Source: Chitinophagaceae bacterium
Lineage (GTDB): Bacteria > Bacteroidota > Bacteroidia > Chitinophagales > JADJOU01
Direction of reading: 5' to 3'
Assembly (NCBI GenBank): GCA_017495115.1
Contig: JAFEIJ010000015.1
Span: 73,481 to 137,480, forward strand
DNA: 64,000 nt
In this document: positions 30,205 to 40,565 of the stretch, in pieces
Layout: the number at the start of each line of letters is the position of its first letter
How positions within the stretch are numbered: position 1 is the first letter of the stretch
Position numbers and translations under genes: made by a program
The notes under the pieces: model-generated
What the model was told of the DNA's origin: nothing
What the model saw: the letters and a program-made list of their open reading frames with translations, nothing else
The model's database searches: none

Positions 30205-32601
30205 ATGAATTTAAATCAACTTAAAGGGCTTTTACCTTATTTTGGAATACTTATTATTTTCTCATGCTTTATTTTTTTTCCTGAAATACAAGGGAAAAAA
30301 CTAGGAAGTCACGACTCAGTGAGTTGGTATGGAGCAGGAAAAGAATTATTAGATTATCAAGGAAAAGGAGAAAATATCAAGTGGACAAATCGTGTTTTCT
30401 CAGGAATGCCCTTGTACACTATAGGTGGAGAATTTAATGGCAACCCATTTTTTAAATACTATTATAAAATCACACAAATACTTCCATTAAATATTACATT
30501 GATGTTTTTATTAACTGTTACGATTTTCTTTTCTTTTCTTTTAATAAATATAGATAAAAGAATTTCTTTGATATCTGCTTTAGTTTTAGGAGTTAATACA
30601 TGGATTATAGATTCTTTAGTAGCTTCTCACGGAACTAAAATTTTAGCTTTAGTTTTTTTATTTCCTATTATCAGTGGATTAATAGCCTTTTATAAAAAAA
30701 ACAAATTAAATGGATTGGTAGGCATTGGAATCGGACTACTTTGTCAAATAGGAATCAATCACCTTCAAATCACATATTATGGTGCTATAGTATGCGGAAT
30801 TATAGGTATATACCTTTTTTATGATGCAATCAAAACCAAACAAATAATAACATTTTTAAAAAAATCAATTTTAGTAATTGTTGTTGTTGCTCTAGCTATT
30901 TTAGCCAATTATTCTTATTTATGGATTCTAAAAGATTACAGCAAAGATACCATGCGCGGTGGTAAAACCGAATTGATCAAACCTGAAGCGAATAGTACTG
31001 GAAAGGAAGGCGGTTTAGACATCAATTATGCATTTAGTTGGAGTTATACACCAACCGAATTATTTAATTTTATTGTCGCAGATGCAAAAGGCGGCGCAAG
31101 TGGCTACAAAGTGAATCCATCAAAATCCAAATTAGCTCAAGCGATAGGACAAGATAAAATACCTATGTATTGGGGCGAACAACCTTTTACGGGTGCTCCT
31201 AATTATATAGGCGTTGTATTAATTTTCTTAGCTATTTTCACCTTATTTTATTGGAAAAATAATTTACGTTGGCCGTTTTTAATTCTTATTGGTTTATTTT
31301 CTGCAATGGGACTCGGTCGTTTCTTCCTTGAATGGAATCAAATTTTGTTTGATTATTTGCCATTTTATAATAAATTTAGAACACCTACGATGTCTTTCTC
31401 TATTGTGAGTATGAGTTTTATATTTCTTTCAGGTTTGGGCTTAAATCACCTAATTTCAAATAAGGAAAATACAAAAGATGTTTTAATCGCATTAAAATAT
31501 TCGTTATACACCATTATGGGTTTTATGATTTTAGGTTTTATAACCATACAAAATGAAGGTTTCACCTCCTCTTCAGACACACAAGTCTTTGGTCAAAACG
31601 TTCAAGCGCTTCAATTGATTATCGAAGACCGAGCCAGTTTCTTTAAAAGTGATTTTATAAGAAGTTTATTTTTGATTGCATTAGCTGCAGGTCTGATTTG
31701 GGGATATATTACTCAAAAAATAAGCCAACGAATTTTTATTATTATATTGGGCGTTGTAATGGTTGGTGAACTCTTTTTAGTAAGCAATCGTTTTTATGAT
31801 CGGGAAGCCTTTACAAAAACCCAAAAAGTTGAAGATTTAGTTCCGAATGAACCATATAATCAATATATGATGGGCGATACCACCCATTTTAGAATGGTCA
31901 ATACCACCACCAATGTATTTAATGACAATACCGATGGATACAGATATAGCAATGTGGGAGGCTATTCACCTGCCAAGCTCTATAGATATCAAGATTTAAT
32001 TGACGTGCATTTGAGCAAGATGAATATCAATGTACTTAATATGCTCAATACGAAATATTTTGTAGTGGACCAAGGTGGTCAAAAGGTCGTGCAGCAGAAT
32101 CCAGACGCTTGTGGTAATGTATGGTTTCCTACCCAAGTTAAATTTGCTAAAAATGCCAATGAAGAAATGGATTCTATTGGAACTTCCAATCCTAAAGAAA
32201 AAGTATGGGTCGATCAACGATATCAAAGTGAATCTAAATTTGATGCCAATACCGATCCCAATGCAACCATATATTTATCTAAATACCATCCCGAAAAAAT
32301 GGAATACCAATCTCAAAGTACTTCGGGAGGTTTTGCTACATTCAGCGAAATATGGTATCGTGGCAATGAAGATTGGAAAATTTTCATCGATGGAAAGGAA
32401 AGTAAAATGATACGCACCAATTATGTTTTGAGAGGTACCTATATTCCTGCAGGGAATCACAAAATAGAAATGCGATTTGAGCAACCTAAACTTGATTTAT
32501 TAATCAAAGTTGGACAAGTTGCAACCTTGATATTATTATTGCTTGTCTTTATACTTCCATTTGCTCAAAAGCGATTGATTAAAGTTAAACATGAACAATA
32601 A
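30205..32601 (+). CDS. YfhO-family polytopic membrane protein (GT-C-type glycosyltransferase candidate)
   Basis: The 798-aa protein has about 12 N-terminal TM helices, a soluble C-terminal domain and a final TM helix. The N-terminal region (GKKLGSHDSVSWYGAGKELLDYQGKGENIKWTNRVFSGMPLY) has the pattern of Bacteroidota YfhO homologues. Confidence 0.6.
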   Translation: MNLNQLKGLLPYFGILIIFSCFIFFPEIQGKKLGSHDSVSWYGAGKELLDYQGKGENIKWTNRVFSGMPLYTIGGEFNGNPFFKYYYKITQILPLNITLMFLLTVTIFFSFLLINIDKRISLISALVLGVNTWIIDSLVASHGTKILALVFLFPIISGLIAFYKKNKLNGLVGIGIGLLCQIGINHLQITYYGAIVCGIIGIYLFYDAIKTKQIITFLKKSILVIVVVALAILANYSYLWILKDYSKDTMRGGKTELIKPEANSTGKEGGLDINYAFSWSYTPTELFNFIVADAKGGASGYKVNPSKSKLAQAIGQDKIPMYWGEQPFTGAPNYIGVVLIFLAIFTLFYWKNNLRWPFLILIGLFSAMGLGRFFLEWNQILFDYLPFYNKFRTPTMSFSIVSMSFIFLSGLGLNHLISNKENTKDVLIALKYSLYTIMGFMILGFITIQNEGFTSSSDTQVFGQNVQALQLIIEDRASFFKSDFIRSLFLIALAAGLIWGYITQKISQRIFIIILGVVMVGELFLVSNRFYDREAFTKTQKVEDLVPNEPYNQYMMGDTTHFRMVNTTTNVFNDNTDGYRYSNVGGYSPAKLYRYQDLIDVHLSKMNINVLNMLNTKYFVVDQGGQKVVQQNPDACGNVWFPTQVKFAKNANEEMDSIGTSNPKEKVWVDQRYQSESKFDANTDPNATIYLSKYHPEKMEYQSQSTSGGFATFSEIWYRGNEDWKIFIDGKESKMIRTNYVLRGTYIPAGNHKIEMRFEQPKLDLLIKVGQVATLILLLLVFILPFAQKRLIKVKHEQ

Positions 32602-33868
32602 AAACATTCTAATAATTACTTACTATTGGCCGCCAAGTGGAGGACCTGCTGTACAAAGATGGTTAGATTTTGCCAATCGTTTTGCTTCAGATGGATATAA
32701 CACGAATGTATTAACCGTATCTCAAAATACGGCAACATATACTTCAAATGATGCATCTTTATTAAATGAAATCAATAAGAACATCAACGTATATCATGCC
32801 GATGCTATTGATTATTTTTCGTTTTACAAAAAATTTATTGGTAAAGGTAAAGTACCAGGAAATGCTTTGGCAGATGATCATAATCCAAACGTAATCAAAA
32901 AAATTACTAGATTTATTAGAGGTAATTTTTTCATACCTGACCCAAGAATAGGATGGAACAAAAAGGCTATCTTAAAAGCAAAAGAAATTATAATATTAGA
33001 AAATATTGATACGATTATTACCGCAGGGCCACCTCAATCAACCCATCTTATAGGACTTGCAATAAAGAGCAAAATACCTGCTATACATTGGGTTACAGAT
33101 TTTCATGATTATTGGACCAATGTATTTTATCTAAAGAAATTTTATAGAACTTTTTGGGCGCAGTGGATCGATTTATACTTAGAAAAAAAAGTTATCGAAA
33201 ATGCAAATCAAATATTGGTACATACCGATAATAATAAGTCTTATTTAACGAGTAGAACCTCAAAACCATTAAATATAGAAGTCATTCGTATAGGTTATGA
33301 CGAAAAGAAGTTTGAAAATATTACAAGAAAAAAAAATGAGATCTATACAATCGTTTATGCAGGTACGCTTCCAGATTATTATTACCCACAATCCTTTTTT
33401 GAAGCATTAGTTTTATTAAAAAAAGAAAATACATCGCTTAAAATTAGGGTACGATTTATTGGTATTATTAGTGGCGATATAAAAGAGATGGTTCAAAAAT
33501 ATGAGCTCGAAGATTGGGTCACTTTTGAAGGATATAAACCCCATGCCGAATCAATACAAGCCATTATCCAAGCGGACTTATTATTACTCATTAATCCACG
33601 ATTAGAAAACGACGCCGCTATAGTTCCTGGCAAAATATTTGAATATATTGCTACAGGTAACCCAATTTTATCCATTTCGAGCCAAGGTAGTGAAAATGAA
33701 CAGATTTTAGACGAATCTAACGGCGGAGCAAATTTTGACTGGAATGAAATTGACGCTATTAAAAACTATATTCAACAATCAATACAACATTCCAAACTAT
33801 TGCAAACTAAAGAGAAAATAAAATATTCAAGATTCTATCAATTTGAAAAATTAAAAAAAACAATTTAA
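32591..33868 (+). CDS. glycosyltransferase family 4-like (GT-B)
   Basis: ILIITYYWPPSGGPAVQRWLDF at the N-terminus and a C-terminal GKIFEYIATGNPIL motif. It overlaps the yfhO-like stop by 11 nt. Confidence 0.7.
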   Translation: MNNKNILIITYYWPPSGGPAVQRWLDFANRFASDGYNTNVLTVSQNTATYTSNDASLLNEINKNINVYHADAIDYFSFYKKFIGKGKVPGNALADDHNPNVIKKITRFIRGNFFIPDPRIGWNKKAILKAKEIIILENIDTIITAGPPQSTHLIGLAIKSKIPAIHWVTDFHDYWTNVFYLKKFYRTFWAQWIDLYLEKKVIENANQILVHTDNNKSYLTSRTSKPLNIEVIRIGYDEKKFENITRKKNEIYTIVYAGTLPDYYYPQSFFEALVLLKKENTSLKIRVRFIGIISGDIKEMVQKYELEDWVTFEGYKPHAESIQAIIQADLLLLINPRLENDAAIVPGKIFEYIATGNPILSISSQGSENEQILDESNGGANFDWNEIDAIKNYIQQSIQHSKLLQTKEKIKYSRFYQFEKLKKTI

Positions 33869-33887
33869 TCCATTAATCCTAAATCAA

Positions 33888-34844
33888 ATGCACGCAATTC
33901 GTATCTTATTAAACATTATTGATTTTTTTATCACACCCTTTGTGTTTTTATCGGTATTTCTATTAAAAATGATACGGAAATTCAATGTTAAACGAAATTT
34001 CCCATTAGCCCATAAAATATTTATTCAATTAGGAATATTTCCCATACGAGATCATTATTACGATCCACTATTTAATCCAAAGCATTTATCCAAACCTCTT
34101 GAAACACCAAGAAATTTGAGTGCTATAGATTTTAATATAGAGGGGCAACTAAAATTATTAGAAGCATTTAAATATTCGGATGAAATTCTTCAATTGGTTA
34201 ATAAAAAAGATTTTTTTGATTTTAACAATAATAGTTTTGGGAAAATTGATGCCGACATGTGGTATAATTATATTCGACATTTTAAACCAAAACGTATTAT
34301 TGAAATAGGATCTGGGAATTCAACCAAATTAGCAACATTAGCAATTGCTAAAAATAAAGAAATAGATGCAACGTATCAGTGTGAACACATTTGTATAGAA
34401 CCTTATGAAATGCCTTGGCTCGAAAGCTTAAATATAAAAGTACATCGCGATAAAGTAGAAGCATTTCCGCTCGATTTTTTTATGCAACTCGAAGCTAATG
34501 ATATTTTATTTATTGATTCATCGCATGTTTTGAGACCACAAGGCGATGTTTTATTTGAATTTTTAGAAATTTTACCCGTTCTAAAACAAGGCGTTATTGT
34601 TCATATTCATGATATTTTTTCTCCACAAGACTATCCGCATCAGTGGGTTGTGGATGACAACCGACTATGGAACGAGCAATATCTCGTTGAAGCATTTCTA
34701 AGTTATAATAATCAATGGCAAATTACCTCAGCATTAAATTTATTAAGATTAAATCATTATGAAAATCTTGTTAAATGTTGTCCTAATTTAAATGTTGGTA
34801 TAACTGGAAGTTCTTTCTATATTCAGAAAAAACAATCTACTTAA
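33888..34844 (+). CDS. class I SAM-dependent methyltransferase (Methyltransf_24-like)
   Basis: IIEIGSGNSTKLA (motif I) and ILFIDSSHVLRPQGDV. Confidence 0.55.
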   Translation: MHAIRILLNIIDFFITPFVFLSVFLLKMIRKFNVKRNFPLAHKIFIQLGIFPIRDHYYDPLFNPKHLSKPLETPRNLSAIDFNIEGQLKLLEAFKYSDEILQLVNKKDFFDFNNNSFGKIDADMWYNYIRHFKPKRIIEIGSGNSTKLATLAIAKNKEIDATYQCEHICIEPYEMPWLESLNIKVHRDKVEAFPLDFFMQLEANDILFIDSSHVLRPQGDVLFEFLEILPVLKQGVIVHIHDIFSPQDYPHQWVVDDNRLWNEQYLVEAFLSYNNQWQITSALNLLRLNHYENLVKCCPNLNVGITGSSFYIQKKQST

Positions 34845-36066
34845 ACTTGTAATAACCCATTTTAAGTCCAACGTATTTTATAAACAAAACAATTACATTA
34901 TTAAAAATGAATGTATTCTTATTTTGTTTATAATTTAATTTGGACGCATCATATACATTTCCAGAAGTTTTTTTTAAAAAAACAAAATTCAATAATTGCT
35001 CATTTATAATTTGATAATAAAATCTTTTTAAGTTATTTATAAATCCGAACTTGAAATGGTTATCAGAAATTAATTTACTAATTACGTCATTATTTATATT
35101 ATTTAGTTCCTTAATTTTTAAAAGATCTTCGCGAATTTGAATAAAGGTTTTGTGATATTTAATCCATTGCGCATTTTTAAATGCAATTTCTAATAGATGT
35201 TCAATTGAATAAATAGTGTTTTTAAGAAAACCAAGTTCTTTAGCATAGTATACACTATCTGCCAAAAGAATTGGCAAAGAGTTAGACATAACAAGTTTAG
35301 GATGAAATGGTATATTGTTTTCTTTAATAAACTGTTCTGCTAAGTTTTTATTATTTTCTGGTGATGAAAATGCAAAACCATTACTTTGACCAGAAATACC
35401 ACTTAAAAAAAAAGAATAATTTTCAAATAAATATTGAGGTATTTCATCTGCAAGAACTATTGCTGAATATACATCTGGAATCGAAGAATTGAAAAAAAAA
35501 CCATTTGATTTTTCTTTAATTCTTTTTATTGGATCAAGACTAATAAAACCAATAGAATAAATACAAGGCAATTTTGAATAATCAAATGTTTCGTTCAGGA
35601 CTTTTTTTAGCATTTCTGAACTTTTAATTAACTCAGATTTTTTATTTACTTCATACCTAATGATACCTTTCTCATTTTTTTCAGTTACATCATTCCACTT
35701 GTAATAGTCTTTACGACCAATTAAAGCTTCTATTTTATATTTTTTAATTAATATATCTGCTGTTATTAGTGCATTAGGCATTAATGCATCATCAGATCCT
35801 AAAAAAGAAACATATCCATTGTCAACTAAAGATAAAGCATATTCAAAATTTTGAGTCATACTTATCGTTTGTGGTATATGGTAATACTTTATTTTATCTG
35901 AATTAAAACCTTCAACAACTTGTTTTGTATTATCTTGACTGTTATTATCACTGATAATAATTTCATAATTATCATAATCTTGTTCCAAACAAGTCTTAAT
36001 AGTCCAGTAGAGTGTAGATGCTCTATTTCTTGTTGGTATGATAATTGAAAATTTAGTATTTTCCAT
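34837..36066 (-). CDS. glycosyltransferase family 2
   Basis: FSIIIPTRNRASTL...YEIIISDNNSQDNT...SFLGSDD shows GT-A motifs, including a DxD-like element. Confidence 0.8.
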   Translation of the reverse strand: MENTKFSIIIPTRNRASTLYWTIKTCLEQDYDNYEIIISDNNSQDNTKQVVEGFNSDKIKYYHIPQTISMTQNFEYALSLVDNGYVSFLGSDDALMPNALITADILIKKYKIEALIGRKDYYKWNDVTEKNEKGIIRYEVNKKSELIKSSEMLKKVLNETFDYSKLPCIYSIGFISLDPIKRIKEKSNGFFFNSSIPDVYSAIVLADEIPQYLFENYSFFLSGISGQSNGFAFSSPENNKNLAEQFIKENNIPFHPKLVMSNSLPILLADSVYYAKELGFLKNTIYSIEHLLEIAFKNAQWIKYHKTFIQIREDLLKIKELNNINNDVISKLISDNHFKFGFINNLKRFYYQIINEQLLNFVFLKKTSGNVYDASKLNYKQNKNTFIFNNVIVLFIKYVGLKMGYYKFK

Positions 36067-36069
36067 AAT

Positions 36070-36810
36070 CTACTTTACTCTTTTTAAATATCCATCAGGA
36101 GCTACTGAAATCAATATTTTATGATCAATAGATTTGTCTATTTCAAAATTATCATTACTTTTTAAAAATTCAAAAACCGCAGTTTTAGGATTATTACCAG
36201 GATTCCAAGGACGACCACCTGGCATATAATCTGCAGGTAAATCTTCAACAATGGTGTCAAAAACAACACAATAACTGCCTACAGAAGTAAGTGGAGCATA
36301 TAGCTCAAGTTCTTTTAAAACATGGTCATGGGTATGATTGGAATCCAAACAAACTAGAATTCTTTTTTTATCTTTTGCTAATTCATATACTTGATTGGCT
36401 ACTTCTTGAGACGTCGAATCACCTTCAATCATTTTGATACGTTTCATCATTGGATGCGCTTCTATCAAATCACGATTGTGTTTTCGAATATCAATATCCA
36501 AACCTAATACATATCCATCTCCACCCATCAATTCAAGCAATGATGCATAATAAACTAACGAACCTCCATGTGCAATACCCGCTTCGATAATTAAATCAGG
36601 CTTAATATCCCAAATAATTTCTTGCATGGCTAACATATCTTGTGGATAGGCAATTATAGGGCGTCCCATCCAAGAAAAATTATATGAATATTTCGCTTTA
36701 TTTGAATGTTCATTAAATAATTGTTTTGCGTTTTGCAACTCATGATTTGAAGCATTTGAGTCAATTAACGCCTTTTTTTCGTTGTTAAATTTTTTAATTT
36801 CTTCGTGCAT
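36070..36810 (-). CDS. CmcI / cephalosporin-hydroxylase-family methyltransferase (sugar O-methyltransferase type)
   Basis: WMGRPIIAYPQDMLAMQEIIWDIKPDLIIEAGIAHGGSLVYYASLLE...LDSNHTHDHVLKELE is characteristic of the CmcI family. Confidence 0.8.
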   Translation of the reverse strand: MHEEIKKFNNEKKALIDSNASNHELQNAKQLFNEHSNKAKYSYNFSWMGRPIIAYPQDMLAMQEIIWDIKPDLIIEAGIAHGGSLVYYASLLELMGGDGYVLGLDIDIRKHNRDLIEAHPMMKRIKMIEGDSTSQEVANQVYELAKDKKRILVCLDSNHTHDHVLKELELYAPLTSVGSYCVVFDTIVEDLPADYMPGGRPWNPGNNPKTAVFEFLKSNDNFEIDKSIDHKILISVAPDGYLKRVK

Positions 36811-36814
36811 ACTT

Positions 36815-37954
36815 TTAAATTTTATCTATTTCTGGGTTATATAATTCAAAATCTAATTTCAAATTTTCACATTTCAATCTAATCTCTTCTGTATAATTTG
36901 GATTCATACAAATTATTGATAATTTTTTATCCTTTGGTAAATTTTCAGGAGATACTATTTTTTTTCCAATCTTTGGAATGTATTTTTCTTGTTTATTGTG
37001 ATTAACATCTATATAGTAATCTATTTTTGTATTCAAATTATTAGCAATTAAAGAATAAATAATTCCTTTACTAGCCATTCCCCATATAACAATTTCAGAA
37101 GCTTCTGACTTCTTCTTAATTTTATTATTATATCTTTCAATTAATTCATTAAAAACAGAATTAGAATAATCTTTTAGAATAAAAGGATTGTTTTTATTTT
37201 CAATTTCAGGATTAATAATTGCTTGAGCCCATAAATATTGGTCCCCAAATTCATTTTTAATAGCTTCAACATAACCTCCGGCTTCTTTAATACAATTAAA
37301 TAAGCTATATTTTGAAAAATAATTTACATGTTCATAGAAAAAATCCCAATAACACTTATTGTCAAAAATCCAATCAACATCTGGAACCTCAATAAAGATA
37401 GGAATATTTTTATATTTATTAGAATCAAACAATTGAAACAATTGTTTTAAAAATGAAGTTGGATTTTCAATATGCTCTAAAGTATGTCTTAAAATAATCA
37501 ATGAAATGTTATCAATATTATTAAGATGCTCTTTATTAAAATATTCCCTAATAAACAATAAACGCCCCTCATTTAATATTAATGCTCCTTCATAGCTAGG
37601 GTCTATTCCGACGCCTTTCACATTTTTATCTAACTCTTCAATTGTTTGCATTAAAAAATTACCTTTGCCACATCCAATATCTAAAATTAAAGGATTCGAA
37701 TGGTTTAAATATGATTCATCTAAGAATTTTATTATTTTTGAGTAATAGTTTTTGTGAAATTCTGAAGGAACTAAATTGTCATAATTTTCATCATAATACA
37801 TTTTGCTATTATCAAAAAGTTTATTGCAAATAAATCCATTTTCATCAATACTGATATCAATGTCTACCAAAGGTGTATTTATTGATTCTTCTATTTTTGA
37901 ATAAACTCTATTTTGTAAAATTGGATAATTAATTGCTTTATATAATGAAATCAT
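36815..37954 (-). CDS. SAM-dependent methyltransferase related to NDP-hexose C-methyltransferases but lacking the zinc ribbon
   Basis: It has ILDIGCGKGNF (motif I) and LRHTLEHIENP. The C-terminal half (EIVIWGMASKGIIYS...YIDVNHNKQEKYIP) parallels the C-terminal domain of the neighbouring C-methyltransferase (VVGYGAAAKGNTLLN...TMDASPFKQNKYLP). Confidence 0.6.
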   Translation of the reverse strand: MISLYKAINYPILQNRVYSKIEESINTPLVDIDISIDENGFICNKLFDNSKMYYDENYDNLVPSEFHKNYYSKIIKFLDESYLNHSNPLILDIGCGKGNFLMQTIEELDKNVKGVGIDPSYEGALILNEGRLLFIREYFNKEHLNNIDNISLIILRHTLEHIENPTSFLKQLFQLFDSNKYKNIPIFIEVPDVDWIFDNKCYWDFFYEHVNYFSKYSLFNCIKEAGGYVEAIKNEFGDQYLWAQAIINPEIENKNNPFILKDYSNSVFNELIERYNNKIKKKSEASEIVIWGMASKGIIYSLIANNLNTKIDYYIDVNHNKQEKYIPKIGKKIVSPENLPKDKKLSIICMNPNYTEEIRLKCENLKLDFELYNPEIDKI

Positions 37955-38790
37955 AAATTTTTATACTTTTTATTACATCCCCAAAACTCCATAGGCTCTA
38001 TAGTTGAGTATGGATAAAAACCTAAATTGAGTTCGATATCCTTTCCTATAGTTTTCAGATAATTACTGACAAAATTACGTAATTTTATTGGTTTTCCGCT
38101 AGAAATATTAAAAATACCGTAAGATTCTTTCTTTAAAGCAGCTTTAACTATCATTTCTGCAACTTCTTCAATGGGTAAATAGTCTCTTATTTGCTCACCG
38201 CCACTCATGTTAAAGGACTTTTCTCCTTTGGCCAAAGCTTCTTCTAGTTGAGGAATAATTGAATTAGCACTTTGACCTTCTCCATACATATAAAACAATC
38301 GTAACCAAAGAAAATCAAAATGATGTTGTGTTTTTTTGAATTCTAAAAATCGTCTTAACGTATCTTTTGCAATAGCATAAGGATTGTTTGGGAATGTGGG
38401 TAAACTCTCATCCAATGCGCCTTCCTGCATACCATATTCAAAACAAGTGCCCGCAACTGCAATTTTTTGAATTCCATTCTCAATCATTTGTTCCAAAAAT
38501 CGAATTTCATTTGGAAGATTATCGGTAAGGTGAAATGATTTATTATAGTTTGGTAAATTGGACCAAGCAAGATGAATAAGAATATCAGGTTTCTTAAGAT
38601 TTTTAAATTGATTTAAAGTAGCATCATAAAGGTCTGTTTCTATAAATTCTACTTTTGAAAACCATGACTTATCAATTACTTTTTTACGATTACGAGCTGT
38701 TGCTATAATTTCATATTTCGTATTTGATACCAAATAGTTTAAAACATGATTTCCAACAAATCCAGATGCACCCGTAACCAATATTTTCAT
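37951..38790 (-). CDS. NAD-dependent epimerase/dehydratase-family SDR (probable NDP-4-ketohexose reductase)
   Basis: MKILVTGASGFVGNHV Rossmann motif and YAIAK (YxxxK). It has 4-nt overlaps typical of an operon. Confidence 0.8.
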   Translation of the reverse strand: MKILVTGASGFVGNHVLNYLVSNTKYEIIATARNRKKVIDKSWFSKVEFIETDLYDATLNQFKNLKKPDILIHLAWSNLPNYNKSFHLTDNLPNEIRFLEQMIENGIQKIAVAGTCFEYGMQEGALDESLPTFPNNPYAIAKDTLRRFLEFKKTQHHFDFLWLRLFYMYGEGQSANSIIPQLEEALAKGEKSFNMSGGEQIRDYLPIEEVAEMIVKAALKKESYGIFNISSGKPIKLRNFVSNYLKTIGKDIELNLGFYPYSTIEPMEFWGCNKKYKNL

Positions 38791-38799
38791 AAGATAATT

Positions 38800-40023
38800 T
38801 TAGAAAACCTCTAAAGATGGAATAGCTACAACAAATTTCCCACCCCATTCTTTAATAAATGCTAACTGATTCGATATTTCTTCTCTAAGATTCCAAGGAA
38901 AAATAACTACAAAGTCGGGTTTGGTCTCTTTTATTTTTTCTGGAGAATAAACAGGAATTCTAGCCCCCGGCAAATATTTATTTTGTTTAAAAGGAGAGGC
39001 ATCCATAGTATATTCTATAAGATCATTACCTTTTATACCACAAAAATTGAGGAGTGTATTTCCTTTTGCGGCTGCACCATACCCAACAACTTTTTTGCCT
39101 TCGTTTTTACTTTGTATCAAGAATTGTATAAAATCATTTTTAATATTTTCTACTTTTTCTTGAAATCCTTTATAATATTCTAATGAATCGACTCCAAGTT
39201 CTTGTTCCATTTTCAACATATTTGCAACAGTAGGTAAAACTTCTTTTGAAGTATCTTCGATATGTTTTGTAAATATTCTTAAACTACCACCATGTGTAGG
39301 CAATTCCTGTACATCAAAAAATTCAAGACCTTGTTTTTCAAAAACTGATTTTAGTGCCGTAAATGATAAATATGAAAAATGTTCGTGGTAAATGGTGTCA
39401 AACTGATTGAACTGAACTAATTTACATAAGTGAGGGAATTCAAATGTATTCACGCCATTTGGTTTTAAAGCTATTTTAACTCCTTTTACAAAATCATTAA
39501 TATCTGGGACATGTGCTAATACATTATTCCCTAAAATCAAGTCGGCTTTTCCAGCTAATTTTTCTTTCGCTATTTTCTCTCCAAAAAAATCAACAATACT
39601 TTTTATTCCTTTTTCTTCCGCTACTTTTGCAGTATTTGCAGTGGGTTCTATTCCTAAAACTGGAATATTTTTTTCTTTAAAATATTGTAAAAGATAACCA
39701 TCGTTTGAAGCGACTTCAATGACCAATGAATCTTGATTATAACCAAATCTTTCGGTCATATAATCTGTATATTTTTTAGCATGAGCTAACCAAGAGGTAC
39801 TAAACGAAGAAAAATAGGTATATTCATCATTAAAAATATTTTCCGCTTTTTCTATTTCATCCACTTGAACCAGCCAGCATTTTTCACATACAAAAACTTT
39901 CAATGGAAAATAGGTTTCGGGGTGATTCAAAGTTTCACTTTTGACCATTGCATTAGATGGCGGGCACGTTTGCAAATCGCAAAACACATGAGTTAAATGA
40001 TGATTACAATGTCTACAATTCAT
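38800..40023 (-). CDS. NDP-hexose C-methyltransferase (TylC3-like; zinc ribbon, class I MTase and C-terminal domain)
   Basis: N-terminal Cys cluster CRHCNHHL...CDLQTCPPSNA, then EVASNDGYLLQYF (motif I), then the C-terminal VVGYGAAAKGNTLLNF domain. Confidence 0.8.
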   Translation of the reverse strand: MNCRHCNHHLTHVFCDLQTCPPSNAMVKSETLNHPETYFPLKVFVCEKCWLVQVDEIEKAENIFNDEYTYFSSFSTSWLAHAKKYTDYMTERFGYNQDSLVIEVASNDGYLLQYFKEKNIPVLGIEPTANTAKVAEEKGIKSIVDFFGEKIAKEKLAGKADLILGNNVLAHVPDINDFVKGVKIALKPNGVNTFEFPHLCKLVQFNQFDTIYHEHFSYLSFTALKSVFEKQGLEFFDVQELPTHGGSLRIFTKHIEDTSKEVLPTVANMLKMEQELGVDSLEYYKGFQEKVENIKNDFIQFLIQSKNEGKKVVGYGAAAKGNTLLNFCGIKGNDLIEYTMDASPFKQNKYLPGARIPVYSPEKIKETKPDFVVIFPWNLREEISNQLAFIKEWGGKFVVAIPSLEVF

Positions 40024-40034
40024 ACTTATTTTAA

Positions 40035-40565
40035 TTAAAGCGCTTTATGTTTTTTATCCCTATCCGAAATCACTTTTGGATATACAGGTAATTGAAAATT
40101 TATTTTTATATCATCAAAACGAACACCATTTTCAAATTCAGGTTGATAGAATTCATCGTGTAAATAAATCAACTCTGAATTATCTTCTAAAGTTAGAAAT
40201 CCATGAGCAAATCCTTTTGGAATAAAGAGCATTTTATTATTTTCAACACTCAATTCAACTTGAAATACTTTTAAAAAAGTATCCGAAGTTTCTCTTAAAT
40301 CCAAAACACAATCCAACACAGCGCCTCTAATACATCTTACTACTTTGGTCTCTTGATATGGTTCTTTTTGAAAATGAAATCCTCTCCAAGTATATTTCTC
40401 AGCACTAAAAGAATGATTCATCTGCATCCAATTTCCTGAAAAATTTGGTATATTTTCTTTAAACAAATTCTGATCGAAAGTCCTCATAAACCATCCTCTA
40501 TCATCTCCTTTTTTTTCTAGATGAATTTCATACAACCCTTCAAAATCTGTTTTTATGAATTTCAT
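40035..40565 (-). CDS. dTDP-4-dehydrorhamnose 3,5-epimerase (RfbC)-family cupin
   Basis: GDDRGWFMRTF...RGFHFQ...KVVRCIRGAVLDCVLDLR...PKGFAHGF. Confidence 0.85.
   Translation of the reverse strand: MKFIKTDFEGLYEIHLEKKGDDRGWFMRTFDQNLFKENIPNFSGNWMQMNHSFSAEKYTWRGFHFQKEPYQETKVVRCIRGAVLDCVLDLRETSDTFLKVFQVELSVENNKMLFIPKGFAHGFLTLEDNSELIYLHDEFYQPEFENGVRFDDIKINFQLPVYPKVISDRDKKHKAL

Noticed and set aside
35405-35413. Homopolymeric A/T tracts of 8-10 nt inside glycosyltransferase and PAP2 genes (for example 35405-35413 and 7080-7088) as phase-variation switches
   Set aside because: Runs of this length are expected by chance in DNA this AT-rich, and all the affected ORFs are intact. Without population data there is no evidence for slipped-strand variation.
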